A DNA stretch of 64,000 bases from Candidatus Wallbacteria bacterium (lineage in GTDB: Bacteria > Muiribacteriota > UBA9980). The notes under the pieces were generated by a model that worked only from the letters and a program-made list of their open reading frames with translations, was not told where the DNA came from and did no database searches. Positions 58,571-64,000 of the stretch are shown one piece after another. The stretch is taken from positions 66,539-130,538 of the forward strand of contig JASDSY010000032.1 of assembly GCA_041441465.1 (NCBI GenBank). Direction: 5' to 3'. The number at the start of each line of letters is the position of its first letter. Position 1 is the stretch's first letter. Both the position numbers and the translations under genes were made by a program.

Positions 58571-60331
58571 ATGGAAGAACTTTCGCGTGAACGGCCGTAT
58601 ATATTGCTTATGTATGTCCAGAGGGCCGTTTATGGAAGAAAATTCGAATTTCTTGGCAACCTTGGAATTTCGTCACTTGCCGCTTACCTTGAAAATAAAG
58701 GTTACAAAGCCAGGGCATTTACCGGCATCACTACCGACGCGGCGGATATTTTCGCCGGTGAGTTTCAAAAATCACCTATAACCGCGGCTGGCTTTTATTG
58801 TGACTACGATAATCAAACGGCTGTTGAGGAAATGAGCCGGCACTTGAAAATGAAATATGGCGTAAAAGTAATTATAGGCGGTCCGCATGCTATAAACCTG
58901 GGTGAGGAATTTATAAGGCGTTCCGGGTGTGATTTCATAGTACGAGGTGACGGAGAGGCCGCGCTTTTTGAGTTAATGGAATATATCGCTGACGGCCGCG
59001 GCGGGCTTGAGAAAATAAGCGGTATTTTATATATTGACGAAAATGGCAGCTTTATAACTAATCCTCCGCGCGATCTTTCGGAATCTGTCGATGAATATCC
59101 TTTCCCGAGTAATTCATTTGAGCTCGGCGGGAGAAAAAGATATAATCTATCGGTAATGGCGGCGCGCGGCTGCCCGTTCCGCTGCGCGTTTTGTTTCGAA
59201 GGCGGCAATACTAAAAAGTTAAGGCCCAGAAGCGTTAAAAAAGTTATCGAGGAAATAAGGACCAGACTTATTGAAAATCCTGAGGCGAATTACTTATGGT
59301 TTGTAGATGATACATTTACGCTTAATTATGATCGCACAGCCGAATTTTGCGAAAGGCTTTCAGAGCTTAGAAAAGAACGCGATTTTGTCTGGTTTTGCGA
59401 AGGTCATGCCTCGCTTCTTGCAAAAAATCCTGGATTGATCAAATTGATGGTAAATTCCGGCATGGTGCGTATGCAGATTGGTATGGAATCAGGATGTCCT
59501 GAATCTCTTAAAAGTTATCATAAACAGGCTACTATTCAGGATATAGAAGAAGTCGCCAGAATATGCGCGGAAGCGGGATTGCCTCAACTTGCCGGCAACT
59601 TCATAATAGGCGGCTCGCATGAAACTCAGGATACTCTTGAACGGACAGCCTCTTTTGTAGAGAGACTCCATGAGATAGCTCCAGGATTAATAGATATATC
59701 GACTACTTTTATAATGCCGCTTCCTAATACCGCTATTTCAAAATCCCCGAGGGATTTTGGCGTAAAAATACTTGATCATGGCTCATATACCACGACCGAG
59801 GATTTTCCTGTCAATGAAACTGATTCGCTTTCAAGGTTCGAAATAAGCGGCGCAGCCAAAAAATTCCTTGTGCGCTGCGTCGACCGGATGGAAAAGATTT
59901 TTAAAGACGGTTTGGTGCCGCGTGAAAAGATAAAAAGACATTTTGAGCTTTCGTTAAAGTACAGTCTTTCAAGCAGCTGGTACAGGTTTATCTATTCGAA
60001 AGACCAGCTTTTAAAACAATATTATGAAATCATGATTTTACGAAATGGTTCTCATTTCGACGAGATCTCGTTTGATAAGATTAACTATTACTATCCGCGC
60101 AGAACTTTTAATGATACCATGTATGACGGATATTTTAATTCTGGCAATTATTTTAATAGAGTCAGCCTTACGGCGATTGAATTTGATATAAGTTTATTAT
60201 GCGACGGCCGTAACCGTGTCGACTCGATTCTTTCCGCCGTATGCCGTAAATACCGCTGCGAAACACCCGAAACTGTTTTGCGCTTGTTGATAAGTATGGA
60301 AAATAAGCGTCTTATTGTTTTTATACCTTAA
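58571..60331 (+). CDS. B12-binding radical SAM enzyme (paralog) with divergent C-terminal RRE-like region
   Basis: 586 aa. 'GFYCDYDNQ...VIIGGPHAI...IVRGDGE', rSAM 'ARGCPFRCAFCFEG', C-terminal 'LTAIEFDISLLCDGRNRVDSI'. Confidence 0.7.
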   Translation: MEELSRERPYILLMYVQRAVYGRKFEFLGNLGISSLAAYLENKGYKARAFTGITTDAADIFAGEFQKSPITAAGFYCDYDNQTAVEEMSRHLKMKYGVKVIIGGPHAINLGEEFIRRSGCDFIVRGDGEAALFELMEYIADGRGGLEKISGILYIDENGSFITNPPRDLSESVDEYPFPSNSFELGGRKRYNLSVMAARGCPFRCAFCFEGGNTKKLRPRSVKKVIEEIRTRLIENPEANYLWFVDDTFTLNYDRTAEFCERLSELRKERDFVWFCEGHASLLAKNPGLIKLMVNSGMVRMQIGMESGCPESLKSYHKQATIQDIEEVARICAEAGLPQLAGNFIIGGSHETQDTLERTASFVERLHEIAPGLIDISTTFIMPLPNTAISKSPRDFGVKILDHGSYTTTEDFPVNETDSLSRFEISGAAKKFLVRCVDRMEKIFKDGLVPREKIKRHFELSLKYSLSSSWYRFIYSKDQLLKQYYEIMILRNGSHFDEISFDKINYYYPRRTFNDTMYDGYFNSGNYFNRVSLTAIEFDISLLCDGRNRVDSILSAVCRKYRCETPETVLRLLISMENKRLIVFIP

Positions 60332-60380
60332 AAAACACACACTTCCATTCAATTACTTGAGGTAATCAGTGGAAGTGTGG
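60331..60380 (-). terminator. Rho-independent terminator after precursor B, between convergent genes
   Basis: 10-bp stem cacacttcca/tggaagtgtg with an inner attac/gtaat stem. A plus-strand A-run at 60331-60335 supplies the T-run for the minus-strand transcript. Confidence 0.6.
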
Positions 60381-60410
60381 TTTACTGGTCATTTTAGGGT
60401 ACCTTTCTGA

Positions 60411-60689
60411 TTAGTGTTTGGCTGTTTGTATCGATACAAATGCGTAGTCGATACCTACGAACGTAAGTCCGCCGGCTACTTTTTCGAGCTCTTTCTCTGA
60501 AAGTTCGCCTTTCTTGGTTTCTGAAAGCTCTTCAAGGGCTTTTCTGAATTCAGCGATTGTAACTTCATAGCCGTGTTTTTTAGCTTTTTCTAAAAAATCA
60601 GCTTCGCTTTTTGATTGTTTAAGCTCATCAGAGAGTTTTGGATCGCTCTGAATTTTAGCCAGAAGGGCTTTTGCGTTATTTAATGTCAT
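60411..60689 (-). CDS. RiPP precursor peptide: canonical Nif11-type leader, GG motif, 18-aa Cys-free core
   Basis: 92 aa. Leader 'MTLNNAKALLAKIQSDPKLSDELKQSKSEADFLEKAKKHGYEVTIAEFRKALEEL...SEKELEKVAGG' is typical Nif11/N11P. Core 'LTFVGIDYAFVSIQTAKH'. RBS ggagg 7 bp upstream. Confidence 0.7.
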   Translation of the reverse strand: MTLNNAKALLAKIQSDPKLSDELKQSKSEADFLEKAKKHGYEVTIAEFRKALEELSETKKGELSEKELEKVAGGLTFVGIDYAFVSIQTAKH

Positions 60690-60785
60690 GTTGTCACCTC
60701 CTCATAATTTTGTAAGGCTGTCCAAAAACATAATTTTTGAATCAGTCTTTTTTATTGTGTTTTATGTTAGTTCTAAAATATTTTA

Positions 60786-62555
60786 TTATAACTTGCAAAA
60801 TACAACCCAATATCTTGCGTCAAAATTTTTAAGTAATTGCTTTATTTCCTCTAAAAATTCATTTTCGCTTTCGAATCTGCTGCCGAACTTTTCATGAAGA
60901 CTTGTAATTACTTCGTTTAATGTCATTTTTCCGCTGCAATGCAGTAAAAGTTCGAATTCAAGCGGTGAAAGAACATAATCGTCTATTTGCGGATATCCTT
61001 TTCTTATATCGACGATTCTCCAGATTTCGACCGTACGCTGCGGGCGCCAACTCGTTAATTCGCCGGCCGGCACATCCGTTAACCGTCTTGCCGAACCCTG
61101 GCATATAAGTCTGAAATATTCATTTAAAAGCTGGTTTCTTTTAAATACGTTAAGGTACCACATGCTTGTGACGCCGTATTCCGCGGCAATTTTATATTGC
61201 GAAAGTATGGTTTCATAGGGCACTTTATTGTCTTTTAGAATTTTAAGCATTGTTTTCGATATATGCCAGCTGACTTTAACGCGGTTATTGATGACGTCTT
61301 CCGCGCATAATCCATTGACGGAAACTGGAGGGTAATCGTCAAATGATTTTAATTCGTCGTGTTCCGATATTTTTAAACCGAATGCCGCAGGATTGTTTGA
61401 AATGGCGGTTCCGGGGTAAGGCCTTAAAAAACCTGTGGCTATGTCTATAATACCCGGCGCTATATTCAAAAGTTTTTCTGCGAAAGAAATAGTTTCATCT
61501 ATAACTTCTCCGCATTCAAACGGTCCGCCGACTATAAAATTAGTCGCGATTTGCGGCACTTTACATCTAACCGCTTCGCGTACTACGAATTCTATTTCAT
61601 CGAGTGTCGTATTTTTTCCGTAAGCTTCAAGTACTTTCGCACAGCCTGTTTCAACGCCTATCTGCAGCCTTAAAAGTCCGGATTCGGCCATTGATTTAAG
61701 CATTTCAGGCTGCCTCGCCAGCGTACGGACATGACCTTCGCAATACCAGCCTATGTTTCTGTCTTTTCTTAAAATGTTTATTGCCGAGCAAAACTCGCTT
61801 ACCCTTTGAGAATTTAGCGTGAAAGTGTCGTCCATTACGGTTATATATTTTAATCCGTCATTGTTTTCAAGATTGTTTTTTATCTCTTGCGTGACATTAG
61901 CGATGCTTCTGAGTCTTACTTTTTTCTTATGGTTGCTCTGATAGCAGAATGCGCAGGCGAACGGACAGCCGCGCCCGGTAAATATGGTGCCGCCGTAACG
62001 CCTGTCTTTTCGAAGAGAACGATGATACGCCGGAAACGGCAGCGCATCTAATTCTGAAACAGGATCACGCGCATCGTTTATTATGAATTCATTGCTTTTA
62101 TTAAGCCAGCACAAACCCTTAATTTGCTCTGGCACTCCTTTTGAATGGACGATGAAATCAAGCAATTCAGGCAGCGTTTCCTCCGCTTCGCCCCGTACTA
62201 TATAATCACATCGTGACTCGCTCAAAAATTTCCCGTCGAGCGCCGCGGCTTGCGGCCCGCCGATAATGACTGTTACTTCATATTTTTCCTTCACGTAAAG
62301 GCATAGTTCCGTAACTGCTGATTTATTTTTATAATCGCATGAAAAACCGACTGCCGCGATTTTATATTCTTTTACATATTTTTCTAAAATATCAGGCACA
62401 TCGCTGGTCAAACCGTGAAAAACCCATGGTTCATAGCCTTTATTTTCGAGGGCGGCCGCCAGGTAAAAAAGCCCGAGACAATCAACCGCGCCATCGTTCT
62501 GGAGCGCATCCGGCCTCTTTACGTTCATAAGCAGTACGCCGTTTTTTTTGTTCAC
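60786..62555 (-). CDS. B12-binding radical SAM enzyme with C-terminal PqqD-like RRE
   Basis: 589 aa. 'GFSCDYKNK...VIIGGPQAA...IVRGEAE', rSAM 'GRGCPFACAFCYQS', C-terminal 'YPQIDDYVLSPLEFELLLHCSGKMTLNEV'. Confidence 0.75.
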   Translation of the reverse strand: MNKKNGVLLMNVKRPDALQNDGAVDCLGLFYLAAALENKGYEPWVFHGLTSDVPDILEKYVKEYKIAAVGFSCDYKNKSAVTELCLYVKEKYEVTVIIGGPQAAALDGKFLSESRCDYIVRGEAEETLPELLDFIVHSKGVPEQIKGLCWLNKSNEFIINDARDPVSELDALPFPAYHRSLRKDRRYGGTIFTGRGCPFACAFCYQSNHKKKVRLRSIANVTQEIKNNLENNDGLKYITVMDDTFTLNSQRVSEFCSAINILRKDRNIGWYCEGHVRTLARQPEMLKSMAESGLLRLQIGVETGCAKVLEAYGKNTTLDEIEFVVREAVRCKVPQIATNFIVGGPFECGEVIDETISFAEKLLNIAPGIIDIATGFLRPYPGTAISNNPAAFGLKISEHDELKSFDDYPPVSVNGLCAEDVINNRVKVSWHISKTMLKILKDNKVPYETILSQYKIAAEYGVTSMWYLNVFKRNQLLNEYFRLICQGSARRLTDVPAGELTSWRPQRTVEIWRIVDIRKGYPQIDDYVLSPLEFELLLHCSGKMTLNEVITSLHEKFGSRFESENEFLEEIKQLLKNFDARYWVVFCKL

Positions 62556-62747
62556 GATAGGTTTCTCCTTAAATTCCTCGAAAAACGCAATTGGTAAGTA
62601 AATTTATTCAAACCAATTAGAAAATAATATCTTTTACAACGCAGCGGCTGAATAAATAAAATAGTGTAAATTTTTTATATTAGAATAATAAATTATAGTT
62701 AATGCGTGAATAATATATCGATTTAAGTATATTCGCGACGGCTAATG

Positions 62748-64000
62748 TTAAAACGGCGCGTATGCAAGCCAGTATTTCTGTTCGAATTTTTTTAATATAT
62801 TCATAGCCTCTTCATTGAATTCCGATTCACTGTCAAAAAGCCGCCCGAATTTTTCACGGACTTTGTCGAGCACCTGTTTTAGTTTTAATTTTCCTGTCGA
62901 ATATAGAAGCAGCTCAAACTCTAAAGGCGAAAGCACGTCCTTGCCGATTTTCGGATAGCCTTCGCTGAAATCGACATCGTGCCACATTTCCATTATCCTC
63001 TGCGGACGCCAGCCGAGAATTTCGTTCTCGTGAATATCGAGCGATCTTTTGACAGCATTTCTCGCTATTAAAGTGTAATAGCCGCGGACAAACGGAATTG
63101 TGTTATATACCGCCATGTGCCATACTGATTGCGCGCCGTAGCCGTAATCGCGGAAGCAGTCGACGATTCTTTCATGCGGTACCTTGCCGTCTTTGAATAA
63201 TTTAATCATTGTGTCAAGTATATGCTGCATCAGTTCGTTTTGCGCTGCCGCGATTTCCTCGCGGTTCATGAAATCAGTTTGAGTGACTGGAAAGTCCGAA
63301 AATACGGTAGAACCTTGCGGATCGACGATTTTTAATCCGAATTTTTCAGGGCAGTGTGTTATTTCAGTCGATGGATACGGCATAAGCGGACTGATGCCGA
63401 GTATTATCACTCCCGGCGCGAGATTCAGAAGTTTTTCGGCGAATTTTTTGTTTTCTTCGAGAATTTCACGGTTTTCAAACGGCCCGCCCGTTATGAAAAA
63501 ACCGATCATCTGATGAACGCCTTCGCGGGCAGACATTTTAACCGCTTCTTCAATTTCGGCGAGCGTAGTTCTTTTACCGTAAGCGTCAAGCACCTTTTGC
63601 GAACCTGATTCGATGCCGACCTGCATTTTTATCATGCCGGCTTTTGTCATTTCCGCGAGCAGGCCCGGATATTTTATCAGCTGCTTTACGTGGCCTTCAC
63701 AAAACCAGACGAAATTTCTTTTTTTTCTTATTTCGGTCAGCCCTGCGCATAGTTCCATTACTCTTTCCCTGGACATTATCAGCGTGTCATCGGCAAAAAC
63801 TATATAATTTAAAGATGGTTCGTTATCGAGAACCATCTTTATATGCTCTAAAACTTTATCAACGCTTCTCAGCCGGACTTTGCGTTTCAGCGACCCTTCA
63901 TGACAGAATGCGCATGAAAACGGGCAACCGCGTCCGGATTGTATGTAAACGCTTTTTAATTCGGGTTTATTTACCCATTTATGAAATGCAGGAAGCGGCA
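62748..64000 (-). CDS. B12-binding radical SAM enzyme with C-terminal RRE, N-terminus beyond the window end
   Basis: The listed ORF (62748-63836) starts at an internal Met. The same frame stays open to the window edge and encodes '...GRGCPFSCAFCHEGSLKRKVRLRSVDKVLEHIK-MVLDNEPS...'. C-terminal 'YPKIGKDVLSPLEFELLLYSTGKLKLKQV'. Confidence 0.7.
   Translation of the reverse strand, partial: PLPAFHKWVNKPELKSVYIQSGRGCPFSCAFCHEGSLKRKVRLRSVDKVLEHIKMVLDNEPSLNYIVFADDTLIMSRERVMELCAGLTEIRKKRNFVWFCEGHVKQLIKYPGLLAEMTKAGMIKMQVGIESGSQKVLDAYGKRTTLAEIEEAVKMSAREGVHQMIGFFITGGPFENREILEENKKFAEKLLNLAPGVIILGISPLMPYPSTEITHCPEKFGLKIVDPQGSTVFSDFPVTQTDFMNREEIAAAQNELMQHILDTMIKLFKDGKVPHERIVDCFRDYGYGAQSVWHMAVYNTIPFVRGYYTLIARNAVKRSLDIHENEILGWRPQRIMEMWHDVDFSEGYPKIGKDVLSPLEFELLLYSTGKLKLKQVLDKVREKFGRLFDSESEFNEEAMNILKKFEQKYWLAYAPF

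Overview
This 64-kb window is AT-rich bacterial chromosome with mixed housekeeping and accessory content. Coding density is moderate, translational coupling is frequent, and GTG/TTG start codons appear in several ORFs. I could not run BLAST or HMM searches, so every call below rests on reading the sequence and on remembered family motifs.

From left to right:
- **1-3.5 kb:** an arsenic-resistance module. arsR, ACR3 and LMW-PTP-type arsC sit on the minus strand, convergent with a DUF318-type permease plus DGC-domain protein pair.
- **3.7-4.6 kb:** three minus-strand tRNAs, Arg-ACG, Ser-GCT and Ser-TGA, immediately beside tadA. Arg-ACG is the TadA substrate.
- **4.9-5.7 kb:** lexA, with four TTCGAA half-sites upstream and a clean terminator downstream.
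- **6-10.4 kb:** two large paralogous secreted proteins with a divergent MurNAc-L-Ala-amidase-like (DPGHGG) core.
- **10.8-18.7 kb:** alkaline phosphatase, hypothetical secreted proteins, a truncated MscS-like channel and a secreted putative glucanase.
- **18.8-21.3 kb:** a TPR-orthocaspase (C14) gene whose reading frame is split by a single in-frame TAA.
- **21.6-31 kb:** a translationally coupled six-gene operon. It encodes a LuxC-reductase/adenylating fusion, an HATPase-GNAT fusion, a LuxE-like enzyme, two PaaK-like ligases and a MATE exporter.
- **31-48 kb:** cell-wall hydrolases (SH3b-CHAP, M23), nudC, a domain-permuted CheA, a ~1030-aa Ig-repeat lipoprotein, Fe-ADH, flavodoxin-like reductase, a MerR regulator, ADP-ribosylglycohydrolase, D-aminoacylase, and a chimeric nudC'/merR' pseudogene.
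- **48.7 kb to the window end:** the most interesting feature, an apparent RiPP biosynthetic gene cluster. It contains two Nif11-type leader/double-glycine precursor genes, a ProcM-like class II lanthipeptide synthetase (CCG motif), a tandem-GNAT protein, and five paralogous B12-binding radical SAM enzymes. Each radical SAM enzyme carries a PqqD-like precursor-recognition (RRE) motif. One is elongated by a duplicated RRE module, and one is cut off by the window end.
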